The notes: generated by a model from the letters alone, not told the origin. Shown: positions 19,441 through 29,045, numbered from the stretch's first letter. The stretch: 60,528 nt of DNA from Nitrosopumilus sp. (GCA_028448965.1 JAONQT010000001.1:1-60528), one strand, 5' to 3'. Translations and numbers: made by a program.

Positions 19441-21483
19441 TTACTCTAAAGTTTTGTAAGTTATTTTATAATAAAATCTTGAAATTTCATCATTTTTAAT
19501 TACTTCTACATCCCAATTTGTATTAGGTAAGAATTCATCAGAAGATTTAGGAAGAATACTAAATTTTTCTAGACGTACATCAGGTCCACTATATCTTACA
19601 TTAAGATCCATTCCATCTACTTGCACAACATCAAATATCTGACCAGGTTTTCTTGTGGATTCAGTAACTAAACAATCAGCATCAGGTCCAATTATACAAA
19701 TTCCAGACTCAGACATAACTTGCAAATTAACATCAGATTGACGATCTTTATCAACAGTAATCATAGAACCGGATAAAACTCTAGGTTTTACAGGTTGATC
19801 AGAGATTATTTTTTCTTGAGTAGTAATTGAAATTAAAACATCAGAAATACGATTTACTTTTTCAATCATAGTTTTAATATTTGAAGAAAAATAACCATTT
19901 TCAAATTTTTCATCAGTAGAAGGTTTACCAGAAATAGATGAATTAGGATTACCAATAGAATTTGTGTCATCAGAGGGAGTATTATTTAAATTAGATTTTT
20001 CAGATACAATAGTGAAAGTTTTAGGTTCTGCAATTAGTGCACCATACTTTCCTTTAATCACATAATCACCTTCAGAAAAAGTATTAGGAAAAAGTCTAAC
20101 AGTAGTAGAAAAATCACCAGAAGTATCAGGAATAGCTGTAGCTGTAAAATCTACATCATGTAATTCATGCTCATCATTTTCATCAAAATGCCCCTGAATA
20201 GTTATAGATTTTCCATCAGAAGTAAAAAAAGTAAAGTCAACAACCCGATAATATATGGTGTTAGTTGAATCAAAATTAGAAATATTTCCAGAAATAATTA
20301 TTTCTTCATTGGACAAATAGTGAAAATCATTAAGATCAAAAGTTATAGAATTTGAGACAAGAATTTCAGAAGCTTCAACAATATTTTCAATCAAATTAAA
20401 AGTAGTAGATGTAGTTTGTTCTGAATATTCAGCTACAATATTGTAAGTACCATAAATTGGAGATACAGAAATTACTGAAAAAGATGTACTAAATGTTCCA
20501 TCAGTAGTAAATAAATTCCCACTTGTAATTTCTTCCCCGTTAGGATCTAATACAATAAATTTGATACTTTCAAAAGGAATTAACTCAGAAATCGTGCCAG
20601 TAAGGAAAACAGATTGTTCTAATAGATATTCAGGTTCATCAGTTTTAATATTAAATGAAGAAATGGTATCTTCAATAATTTCAGAGGTTTCAAAACCAAC
20701 AGAAAAACTAGTACTATCAGATGAATCTCCATAAGTAACAACTACATCATAACTGCCTTCATTTATTCCAAGTACTTGATCTAAATTCAAAGTAGTTTCA
20801 TAATTTAGATTCACATCAGGATACAAAGAAATAGATTGATAATAATTAGGTCCAGAAATATTTATTTTAATCGGTACAACTTGAAAAGTAGGTTTTTCAA
20901 CAAACAATTTTTCAGAAACAGTTCCTCCAATTATTGCAGTATCATCAAAGAGGTAGGATGTTTTATCAGGAGATACAGTTATCGTAACTAACAAAGATTC
21001 ATCAGGTATTGAAAATTTACCATTAGAACCACCAGGAGATCCAAGTGAAAATTCCCAATCAGTATAACCATCATAACTTCTTTGCCAAGATAAAAAATTA
21101 TTTTGTAAATCTGTGATTGAAGGAGTTGTATCAATTATAATTCCATCAGTATTTCTTAATTCAACTAATTCACCTGAATCAGTAAACCAAATTTTTGTAT
21201 TAGTAAATGTTAAAAATTTATCTGGCGAAATTATGGTTCCATCAGGAATAATAAGTGTTTTTTTCAAAACTGTTGTAGATGCAATTTCCCAACCACTAAT
21301 ATCAACATCTGAATCTGTAGGATTGTAAAGTTCAATCCATTCAGATACAGCTAACGAATCATCACCATTAGGATTAGTATCTATTTCATTAATTACAACA
21401 TTATCAGAAATTGTTTGGGCATATGCAGGAGCAGATAGTCCAACAACTAAAATCGCAGATAGTAAAAGTAGCAAGTAATTCAT
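19441..21483 (-). CDS. secreted lamin-tail-domain protein with Ig-like repeats
   Basis: Signal peptide, VVINEI..NP, EWIELYNPT..VDISGW, SPG..N; repeated TD..Y...V.I.G.V modules. Confidence 0.85.
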   Translation of the reverse strand: MNYLLLLLSAILVVGLSAPAYAQTISDNVVINEIDTNPNGDDSLAVSEWIELYNPTDSDVDISGWEIASTTVLKKTLIIPDGTIISPDKFLTFTNTKIWFTDSGELVELRNTDGIIIDTTPSITDLQNNFLSWQRSYDGYTDWEFSLGSPGGSNGKFSIPDESLLVTITVSPDKTSYLFDDTAIIGGTVSEKLFVEKPTFQVVPIKINISGPNYYQSISLYPDVNLNYETTLNLDQVLGINEGSYDVVVTYGDSSDSTSFSVGFETSEIIEDTISSFNIKTDEPEYLLEQSVFLTGTISELIPFESIKFIVLDPNGEEITSGNLFTTDGTFSTSFSVISVSPIYGTYNIVAEYSEQTTSTTFNLIENIVEASEILVSNSITFDLNDFHYLSNEEIIISGNISNFDSTNTIYYRVVDFTFFTSDGKSITIQGHFDENDEHELHDVDFTATAIPDTSGDFSTTVRLFPNTFSEGDYVIKGKYGALIAEPKTFTIVSEKSNLNNTPSDDTNSIGNPNSSISGKPSTDEKFENGYFSSNIKTMIEKVNRISDVLISITTQEKIISDQPVKPRVLSGSMITVDKDRQSDVNLQVMSESGICIIGPDADCLVTESTRKPGQIFDVVQVDGMDLNVRYSGPDVRLEKFSILPKSSDEFLPNTNWDVEVIKNDEISRFYYKITYKTLE

Positions 21484-21621
21484 TGGGATTTCCTATATTT
21501 TATGATAAAATGACTCATTTTAGAAATAGATGGAGAAAAAGTTGAGCTATTTGTTAAAGTCAGAGATCTTAAAATCATGAAAAATAAAGCAAATTATGGA
21601 ATATTAAGAGATGCGTACAAG

Positions 21622-21867
21622 TTATTCTTCAGATGCATCACAATTTGAGCACAATTTATTAACAATTTTAGAGCCACATTCCATACAAATTCCCTCACCA
21701 ACATCTTGCTCAATTAATTGACGTTTCTTTCCAACATAGATTTTGACACCAAAATATAGTCCAATCACAATAATTGCAGAATAAGCAGGTCCTAAGTATT
21801 GAATCAATGCAAGCATCACAAGTATCAAACCAGCAATTAAAATTAAATCACGACGCTCAAATTTCAT
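21622..21867 (-). CDS. small 2-TM protein with C-terminal zinc ribbon
   Basis: Two hydrophobic segments, CMEC...CSNC. Confidence 0.75.
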   Translation of the reverse strand: MKFERRDLILIAGLILVMLALIQYLGPAYSAIIVIGLYFGVKIYVGKKRQLIEQDVGEGICMECGSKIVNKLCSNCDASEE

Positions 21868-21898
21868 AAAAATTAATCAAATTGAATCGATAAAAACA

Positions 21899-21968
21899 TG
21901 CCGAGCTCAGTGCCATTAGTTTACTTCATTTTAAAGTCATTTCTCTAACTCGTCCTCATTGCTCGGCA
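21899..21968 (-). ncRNA. candidate box C/D sRNA
   Basis: Minus strand: UGCCGAGC-A-AUGAGGA(C)-12 nt-AUGA(D')-7 nt-AUGAAGU(C'-like)-12 nt-CUGA(D)-GCUCGGCA; 8-bp terminal stem. Confidence 0.7.
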
Positions 21969-22091
21969 ATATATTAAGAGAATAATTTCATAATAACTGA
22001 TCTATCATAACCTGAAGAAAATGAGAATAAATGATCTAAAAAAGATTAGGCACGAAAATGCTTATCTAAATTAAATTTGTGATCTTTTGTC

Positions 22092-22391
22092 ATGGGGATA
22101 TTTAGAAAATTCAAAGAGCATTGTCAGATATGTTTGAAAAAATTCAAAGTTGAGGAAAAATACAAACAGCATATTGAAACATTACATCCACTTGAAAAAC
22201 ACTGTACAAAATGTGATGAACTAATGGGGATTCCCAAATATCGTCTTATTCAAATGTGGAGAAAGGGATGGTAGTTTGACCCCGAGGTAAGAATTGCATC
22301 TGCATACGGATGTACAAAATGTAGGTTCATAGAATTTTATATGGCAAACCCACATCGCAAATTCTATCGTTCCCAGAATCCTAAATATTAG
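22092..22391 (+). pseudogene. C2H2 plus zinc-ribbon protein interrupted by an in-frame TAG at 22272-22274
   Basis: The frame stays open after the TAG: FDPEVRIASAYGCTKCRFIEFY..., supplying the second CxxC of the ribbon. Confidence 0.65.
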
Positions 22392-22486
22392 ATACTATAC
22401 TAGAAAAATATACTGCATCCCAATATTTCATATCTAAAAAGAAAAATTCTTTTTTAAAATTATACTTTTTTATATCTAATTTTAAA

Positions 22487-22711
22487 TTGACGAATAGATT
22501 GAAAATTATAATAAAAAATGGTGAATCAGTCGAAACATATCATAATGCGGGGGATGTAGTTGTTCTTCCAAAAAGTAAACTAGTTAGAAGGTTTAGTGAA
22601 TATGGTTCTTTGATTGAAGAATACAAACTTGTGGATAAAAAAATCACATTAGAGGATGACCTTGATAATGATCAAACAGAAATTGTTGTAACGTTACTCG
22701 TTAAAAAATAA
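22487..22711 (+). CDS. hypothetical protein
   Basis: 74-aa ORF with protein-like composition. Confidence 0.7.
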   Translation: MTNRLKIIIKNGESVETYHNAGDVVVLPKSKLVRRFSEYGSLIEEYKLVDKKITLEDDLDNDQTEIVVTLLVKK

Positions 22712-22846
22712 TAATTACAAATAGGAAACTAGTTGGAAAAAAGGAACAGAATAAAAAATCATCAATAATACCCCACGCCGAGCATTATCTTGTTGTAGGC
22801 ATAACTTTCATCAGTCAAAGATTGTTAGGTAATAAAATAATGATTG

Positions 22847-22923
22847 TGGTGGGATCGGCGAAATTTGAATTCGCGACCTCTGCGTCCCAAACGCAGAATC
22901 ATACCAAGCTAGACCACGATCCC
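22847..22923 (-). tRNA. tRNA-Pro(TGG), CCA encoded
   Basis: GGGATCG..., anticodon arm CTGCG-TT-TGG-GA-CGCAG, TTCAAAT T-loop, ...CGATCCC-A-CCA. Confidence 0.95.
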
Positions 22924-22995
22924 AGCGAAATACGAAAGTGCCCCAATTTAAGCTTCACAGATAATAATTTTAAAGGCAGGTGAAGGATCAAAAAT

Positions 22996-23895
22996 GTGTT
23001 AAATGAAGATTATGTCAAAGCAGGCAAAATTGCAGCTGAAGTTAGAGAAATGGTCAGAGTGAAAGATTGGATAGGTAAAACAGTTTATGAAATTTGTGAA
23101 GAAGTAGAAAATGAAATTAAAAAAAGGGGTGCAAAGTGTGCATTTCCAGTTAATGCAAGTATTAATGAAATTGCAGCTCATTATACAGCAGAACCAAATG
23201 ATCCAATTACAATCAAAGATACAGATTTAGTAAAAATTGATCTGGGTGCACAGATTAATGGATATATTGCGGATACTGCAGTAACAGTTTGTTACGATGC
23301 ACAGTTTGATGGATTAGTTCAAGCATCTGAAGAAGCGTTAGGTAATGCAATGTCAATGATCAAAACAGGTGTTAAAGCAAGTGATATTGGACGTACAATT
23401 GAATCTACAATTAAACAAATGGGATTCAAGCCGATTGCAAATCTTAGCGGACATTCATTAGAACAATATACAATTCATGCAGGAAGATCAATTCCAAATA
23501 TTTGGTCAATTGGAGGATTTTCACTTTCAGAAAATACAGCTTATGCATGTGAACCATTTGTAACAACAGAACAAGGAGGAGGGTTTGTAAGAAATGGAAA
23601 AATAAAAAATATTTTTGCCATAAATTCTAGAAAGAAAACAAAAAACGAGGAAGCTGATAAGTTATTGAATTTCATATGGGAAAATTTTAACATGTTACCA
23701 TTTGCATTAAGATGGATTACAAAAGAATGGGAAGAAAAAGAAGCTAGAGGGATATTAGATATTTTAATAAAGAAAAAAGCAGTACAAGCTTATCCAGTAC
23801 TAATTGAGGTTAATGAACAAAGAGTAGCACAGGCAGAACATACATTCATCCCAATGGAAAATGGAGTTACAGTAACGACAAAAGCATTAGCATAA
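22996..23895 (+). CDS. map: methionine aminopeptidase type II
   Basis: AFPVN, AAHYT, KIDLG..GYIADTA, NLSGH, EPF, QAEHT. Confidence 0.95.
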   Translation: MLNEDYVKAGKIAAEVREMVRVKDWIGKTVYEICEEVENEIKKRGAKCAFPVNASINEIAAHYTAEPNDPITIKDTDLVKIDLGAQINGYIADTAVTVCYDAQFDGLVQASEEALGNAMSMIKTGVKASDIGRTIESTIKQMGFKPIANLSGHSLEQYTIHAGRSIPNIWSIGGFSLSENTAYACEPFVTTEQGGGFVRNGKIKNIFAINSRKKTKNEEADKLLNFIWENFNMLPFALRWITKEWEEKEARGILDILIKKKAVQAYPVLIEVNEQRVAQAEHTFIPMENGVTVTTKALA

Positions 23896-23899
23896 AAAA

Positions 23900-24013
23900 A
23901 TGAGTGAAGAAATTAGACCATGTCCAAAATGTGGTGGATTAATGTTCAAAGAACAAGGTGAAGCAGTTTCTTGGTTTTGTCCAACCTGTAATGTGAAATT
24001 CAGAACAAAGTAA
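23900..24013 (+). CDS. 37-aa zinc-ribbon microprotein (MSEEIRPCPKCGGLMFKEQGEAVSWFCPTCNVKFRTK)
   Basis: Translated by hand; CPKCG...CPTC; starts 4 nt after the map stop. Confidence 0.75.
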   Translation: MSEEIRPCPKCGGLMFKEQGEAVSWFCPTCNVKFRTK

Positions 24014-24572
24014 TTTTTCGCTGACCATATTGCTCAAAAACAGAATTCAAAGAATTTTGAGCCTCAAATAAATTAGGAATTTTATTCTTATTCTCCACAA
24101 TTCCAGATTTAATTACACCAAGATATTTTATCTTGTATTTGACTTGAATTATTTTTTGTTTTTGGTTTAACTCAGAATTTTTTAAATCGGAAACATTTGC
24201 TAAAATATCAGCAAATTTGACAACCTTAGATTGCCATGAAGATTTAGAAAGTTGTTTTAGATAATTTTGTTCTTGTTGATTTTTAGGTAAACGAGTTTCT
24301 TTTGTTAAATCAGATACAATTTGAGCAATTTTTTTACCAAAAAATTTTGAAACATCATCATAATCAAAGGAAGTGTCTTCTATAGAATCATGTAACCATC
24401 CAGCACACAAAATAGATTCATCTTTAATTCCCATCATTTCAAGATTATTTACAACATCACGTAAATGATGCCAGTATGGAGTTTTATTGTTCTTACGATA
24501 TTGACCCTTATGTTGTCGTATAGCACATTGTTTTGAAAGAGTTAATTTATTTTTCATATCCAATCTATCCAA
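24000..24572 (-). CDS. stand-alone HD-domain protein of the RelA/SpoT hydrolase (Mesh1/SAH) type
   Basis: H.GQYRK..TPY.HH...V, AGWLHDSIEDT, FG..IA.IV..LT, VKFAD...N. Confidence 0.88.
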   Translation of the reverse strand: MDRLDMKNKLTLSKQCAIRQHKGQYRKNNKTPYWHHLRDVVNNLEMMGIKDESILCAGWLHDSIEDTSFDYDDVSKFFGKKIAQIVSDLTKETRLPKNQQEQNYLKQLSKSSWQSKVVKFADILANVSDLKNSELNQKQKIIQVKYKIKYLGVIKSGIVENKNKIPNLFEAQNSLNSVFEQYGQRKITLF

Positions 24573-24623
24573 TTGAGAAAAGTTACTGTATTTGTATAAT
24601 TACAAAATTAAAAAAATTGAAAA

Positions 24624-24806
24624 TCATTTTTGTAAAGTTTCACCATAAATTTTTTCAATAATAGTAATGCCATCACAAAAAGTACATTTTGAAGAGGAAT
24701 TAAACAAAACATCACCTTTACAAAAATCTCGTCTATTCAATTTCTCACATTTTGGACATTTTTCAACGGCATATGCCAGAATAATTTCTTCCTTAGAAAA
24801 AATCAT
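24624..24806 (-). CDS. small zinc-finger protein
   Basis: CPKC..RRDF..GD..CTFC..IEKIY; overlaps the upstream gene's stop. Confidence 0.75.
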   Translation of the reverse strand: MIFSKEEIILAYAVEKCPKCEKLNRRDFCKGDVLFNSSSKCTFCDGITIIEKIYGETLQK

Positions 24807-25918
24807 TGTGGAACTCCTGCAGTATTTCCCACACCAATAACTACAACAGATTGCCCCTCAAGAGTATTTTCAAGGATCATTTCATACACCTGTGAGCGCA
24901 CATTATCAGCCTGATCAGCAATTTCTTTAGTCATGAGAGTTATGGCTTCTTTTACTGATTGTTTTACAATAATTGAGAAAACAGGGATTTTATTTTGAGT
25001 TGCAATATCTTCAATTTGGAATTTTTCAGTGCCAATTCCACCAATTGCAGCACCAAAACCTCGAGCAATAGATGCAGAATCCTCACCTTCCATTTTTAAT
25101 GCAGCATCAATCATTATAATTGCATCAATTTTGTTATTATCCACAATTTTTTGTAATGCATCATCGGGTCTACCAACAGTAGAACCAGGACCTTCAGCTT
25201 TAACTAGAAATAATTTTCTTTGTTCATAATCAATGTTAGCAAGAACAGTTTGAAATGAAATTATTTCTTTTTCTTTATCTAACATCATTTTCCCAACTAC
25301 CATAGGTCCAATTCCATCACCAAGAGGTTGGCCAGTTTTGAATGCAGGTATAGATGCATCCATTGCTTTTGCATGCTCCATAATAAACGGCAGCATCATT
25401 TGTAATGGTAAAATCAAAGGATAGTTTTTTTGTTTTTTTGCAGTCAAAAACATATGATTTACAATTTTATGAATCATTTGTAAAGAAGAAGCAATTTCAA
25501 TTAAAGTTTGAACACGAGTTAATTCAATCTCATCCATGTTAGGAGATAATGACTTTACATGATTTCTAGTATAGTCTTCTCGGGATCTAACAGTATGTCT
25601 TACTTTATCCATAATTCCATTTGGATCCATATCAACAGGCATTATTGTAAAATAATCTAGAAATTGTTCAATTTTTTTTGTAGGGTCATCAATAGGATCT
25701 AAATTCTTCTTCACATAATCAATTAACTCCTTTTTAGAATCAGATCTAAATTTATCAAGTTTTTTAATTGCTTTTTTAATTTCACCAGAAGTCACCAACA
25801 GTTGAATTTGCTGTCCATAAAATACAAAAATAATTATCGGGATTATCCAAACTAACATCATCAAAGTGTCACCATCATCACCCATAGAGAATATTTGTTC
25901 AAAATCAGTAAAATTCAA
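24803..25918 (-). CDS. DUF1512-family protein
   Basis: PVDMDP.G, GDGIGP, IDAALKMEGE, GVGNT.GV. Confidence 0.85.
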   Translation of the reverse strand: MNFTDFEQIFSMGDDGDTLMMLVWIIPIIIFVFYGQQIQLLVTSGEIKKAIKKLDKFRSDSKKELIDYVKKNLDPIDDPTKKIEQFLDYFTIMPVDMDPNGIMDKVRHTVRSREDYTRNHVKSLSPNMDEIELTRVQTLIEIASSLQMIHKIVNHMFLTAKKQKNYPLILPLQMMLPFIMEHAKAMDASIPAFKTGQPLGDGIGPMVVGKMMLDKEKEIISFQTVLANIDYEQRKLFLVKAEGPGSTVGRPDDALQKIVDNNKIDAIIMIDAALKMEGEDSASIARGFGAAIGGIGTEKFQIEDIATQNKIPVFSIIVKQSVKEAITLMTKEIADQADNVRSQVYEMILENTLEGQSVVVIGVGNTAGVPQ

Positions 25919-26040
25919 TAAAAACTAAAATTTTCAAATCTAAATTAAATGATTCGTCATAATAACAAAATTTTAAGAAAAAGTACAAAAAAAATACTGA
26001 AAATAGTCCTTTTATATAGTAGAACAGAAAAAAACTCGTC

Positions 26041-26601
26041 ATGCCACAAACAAAACCAATGATCAGCGTAGTTAACGTTGTAGCTTCGGCATCAGTTGAT
26101 CAAAAAATGGATTTGAACGACATTACAAGAAAATTTCCAGATGTAGAATATCATCCAGATGTATTTCCAGGATTAGTCTTTAGATTAAAAACCCCAAAAA
26201 GTGCAACATTAATTTTTAGTTCAGGTAAAATGGTGTGTACTGGATCTAAATCTGAAGAATTAGCAAAGAAGGCAGTAAAAACAGTAGTTCAGCAACTTCG
26301 AAAAGGTGGAATTAAAGTAAAAAAAGATGCCGTAGTTTCAATTCAAAATATCGTATCTTCAATTAATCTTGGAGGCAAAGTCAACTTGGAGCAAGCAGCA
26401 AGAACATTGCCAAGAAGTATGTATGAACCAGAACAATTCCCAGGTTTAATCCATAGAATGCTTGACCCAAAAACTGTCATTCTGATTTTTGCATCAGGAA
26501 AGTTAGTTTGTGTGGGAGCTAAGCTTGAAACTGAAGTATATAGATCGGTAAACAATGTCCACTCGTTATTAGAAGAAAAAGACTTGATGGTATACGATTA
26601 A
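26041..26601 (+). CDS. tbp: TATA-box binding protein
   Basis: Two repeats NVVAS..FPGL..LIF.SGK.VC.G. Confidence 0.97.
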   Translation: MPQTKPMISVVNVVASASVDQKMDLNDITRKFPDVEYHPDVFPGLVFRLKTPKSATLIFSSGKMVCTGSKSEELAKKAVKTVVQQLRKGGIKVKKDAVVSIQNIVSSINLGGKVNLEQAARTLPRSMYEPEQFPGLIHRMLDPKTVILIFASGKLVCVGAKLETEVYRSVNNVHSLLEEKDLMVYD

Positions 26602-26634
26602 TTCAAAAAGAATAACTATTTTTAAAGAATTAAT

Positions 26635-26964
26635 TTATTTAATGGGACTTCCCAAAGCAACATCTTCAGTTACAGTCAACCAATATGGTTTATCATCAAC
26701 ATCTGCAGCTAATAACATTGCATTAGATTCAACTCCTGCCATAGTTTTTGGTTCCAAATTTGCAAGAACAATTACAGTTTTTCCAACAATATCATCAGGT
26801 TGAAAATATTGGGCACCGCCAATAATAACATCTCTTTGATCATCACCACCTAAATCAATTTTACCTTTAATTATTCGAGATTTACCTTCAATAGATTCAG
26901 TTGAAATAATTTTAGCAACTCTAATGTCTAGTTTTGCAAAATCATCATATGAAACAGTATTCAT
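26635..26964 (-). CDS. tRNA-binding OB-fold protein (Trbp111/CsaA/MetRS C-terminal-like)
   Basis: DFAKLDIRV, NLEPK.MAG.ES..MLLA. Confidence 0.9.
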   Translation of the reverse strand: MNTVSYDDFAKLDIRVAKIISTESIEGKSRIIKGKIDLGGDDQRDVIIGGAQYFQPDDIVGKTVIVLANLEPKTMAGVESNAMLLAADVDDKPYWLTVTEDVALGSPIK

Positions 26965-27001
26965 AATTTATCTAAATTTATCGGCTTAAAATGAATTTGC
27001 A

Positions 27002-27199
27002 TTATTGTAATTCTTTTTTTGTAATTCCACTAGTTTCAATTTCATATTTTAAAGCAGCTGGTAGTTCCATGTATTTTTTGTTAACCAATTCAATAACTTG
27101 ATCATCAGGAACATTCACTTTTTGTAATAATTTACCACGTTGATGAGCATATGCATTTTTCCAAAAAGTTCCAGCATCAAAAGTTTCAATTTTAGGCAT
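27002..27199 (-). CDS. hypothetical protein
   Basis: 65-aa ORF with ATG start and protein-like composition. Confidence 0.7.
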   Translation of the reverse strand: MPKIETFDAGTFWKNAYAHQRGKLLQKVNVPDDQVIELVNKKYMELPAALKYEIETSGITKKELQ

Positions 27200-27236
27200 A
27201 CAGCAAGTAAATTTGATGTTCTTTTAAATTTTAAGG

Positions 27237-27314
27237 GACTGTGACGGAAGAATGGTCAAGGCCATTAGAACCGGAGTTAATGTTCTGGATTTTAGGCGTT
27301 GGCCCATCACAGTC
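27237..27314. ncRNA. candidate structured RNA (strand uncertain, minus favoured)
   Basis: GC-rich intergenic island closed by GACTGTGA / TCACAGTC, with inner stems. Confidence 0.45.
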
Positions 27315-27370
27315 TGTATCGTTATGAAGTGGAATCTAATATATTTGATACAAAATGAATCAAATTAAAG

Positions 27371-27787
27371 ATGGCAATAATTGTGGTTCAAACAGAAATT
27401 AATGCCACATTAGAGAAAGTATGGAAAATTATTTCAGATATAGATAATGAACCAAAATTTTGGAAAGGTACGAAAGAAGTGAAAACATTATCAACAGAAG
27501 GGGATATCATCAAAAGAGAAATTACAATAGCATTTAGAGACCAAAAATGTTTACAAGAAATTCAATTAAACCCGAAAAAAACAATCAAAGCTAAATTTAC
27601 AAAAGGAATTTTAGATGGAACAAAAATAATTACATTAACTCCTAAAACTAATAGTGTGATTCTTGAAACATCATGGGACATCAAATTATCAGGAATGATG
27701 AATATGTTTACTGGTGTTATAAAAAATCATATTAAAAGTGGGACAGAGCAAGCAATGGAAAGTATCAAAAGAGAAATCGAGAAATAG
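27371..27787 (+). CDS. SRPBCC/START (polyketide cyclase-like) protein
   Basis: EINA..EKVW.IISD....PKFW, C-terminal helix. Confidence 0.88.
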   Translation: MAIIVVQTEINATLEKVWKIISDIDNEPKFWKGTKEVKTLSTEGDIIKREITIAFRDQKCLQEIQLNPKKTIKAKFTKGILDGTKIITLTPKTNSVILETSWDIKLSGMMNMFTGVIKNHIKSGTEQAMESIKREIEK

Positions 27788-27790
27788 AAT

Positions 27791-28999
27791 ATGGAATTAA
27801 TTATTGAAATAATCATATACATAGTTGTAGCAATTCTAATTGGAATTTGTGGAGCATGGATATATCTAATCAAATCAATGATTGAGACATTTACATTGAC
27901 ACCATATTTAGATAAATTTGAAAATACAAACAACAGAATACCTAAAGTTTCAATCATTCTACCTGCAAGAAATGAAGAAAAATATTTGTCAAAGTGTCTA
28001 GATTCATTAATTGATCAAGATTATCAAGATTATGAAATTGTGGTAATCGATGATTCATCAGAAGACTCTACAGGAAAAATAATTGCAAACTATGCAAAGA
28101 AAAATTCAAAAGTTATACATGTTTCAGCTAATACAAAACCGGAAGGATGGATGGGGAAAAATTGGGCATGTATGGAAGGATATAGGCAAGCAAAAGGGGA
28201 ATTACTTCTATTTACAGATGCAGATACAAAGCATTCAAAACAAGTAGTTTCATTATCAGTATCACATCTACTAAGTTTACAATTGGATGCATTATCAGCA
28301 ATTCCAAGATTACTTACATTTGATTTTTTAACAAAAGTCTCACTGCCAATGATATCAACATTTTTGCACACAAGATTTTCAGCAATAAACGTAAACAATC
28401 CAAAGAAAAAAGCAGCATATTTCTTTGGAAGTTTTTTCATAATTACAAAAAAAACATACGAACAAGTAGGAATGCATGAAGGAGTTAAACATGAAATAAT
28501 TGAGGACGGAGCATTAGGTAAAAAAGTAAAAGAAGCGGGACATAAGATGAGAATTGTTAGAGGAGATCATCTAATAGATGCAGTTTGGGCCAGAGATGCA
28601 ATTACATTATGGCATGCACTAAAAAGATTGATGATTCCTCTTTATTTACAAAGTGAGAAAATTGCAATTGGAAGTTTTCTTGCAGTATTATTTTTATTAT
28701 TTATTCCATTTCCAATATTTATAATTACAAATTTTATCCCAATAGAATCAATATCTACAAAAATATTATATGTTTCATCAGCAATTGCATCAGCGCTAAT
28801 TTACACTGGAGCAGTAATTGAAGTAAAAATGGGATTAAAGTTGAAACTAATTCATGCATTATGTGCACCATTAGGCGGATTAGTAGTTACTTTAGGATTT
28901 CTTACAGGATTAATTCAAGCTAAAGGTTCATCATCAGTATCTTGGAGAGGAAGGAGTTATTCAATGAAAGATCATACCCAAAGTTCACTTAGCATATAG
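27791..28999 (+). CDS. glycosyltransferase family 2, membrane-bound
   Basis: VSIILPARNEE, DDSSEDST, GWMGKNWAC, FTDAD, IEDG, WRGR.Y. Confidence 0.92.
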   Translation: MELIIEIIIYIVVAILIGICGAWIYLIKSMIETFTLTPYLDKFENTNNRIPKVSIILPARNEEKYLSKCLDSLIDQDYQDYEIVVIDDSSEDSTGKIIANYAKKNSKVIHVSANTKPEGWMGKNWACMEGYRQAKGELLLFTDADTKHSKQVVSLSVSHLLSLQLDALSAIPRLLTFDFLTKVSLPMISTFLHTRFSAINVNNPKKKAAYFFGSFFIITKKTYEQVGMHEGVKHEIIEDGALGKKVKEAGHKMRIVRGDHLIDAVWARDAITLWHALKRLMIPLYLQSEKIAIGSFLAVLFLLFIPFPIFIITNFIPIESISTKILYVSSAIASALIYTGAVIEVKMGLKLKLIHALCAPLGGLVVTLGFLTGLIQAKGSSSVSWRGRSYSMKDHTQSSLSI

Positions 29000-29045
29000 A
29001 AAAATAAGTAATACCTTTACATAGAAATAAGAAAGTAACGATCTT

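Noticed and set aside
22272-22274. Pyrrolysine or other recoding at the in-frame TAG
   Set aside because: No pyl genes are in the window, and TAG serves as a normal stop for other genes here (e.g. 28999, 35562).
22712-22820. Possible small ORF between the 74-aa gene and tRNA-Pro
   Set aside because: All minus-strand frames give only very short or poorly started peptides.
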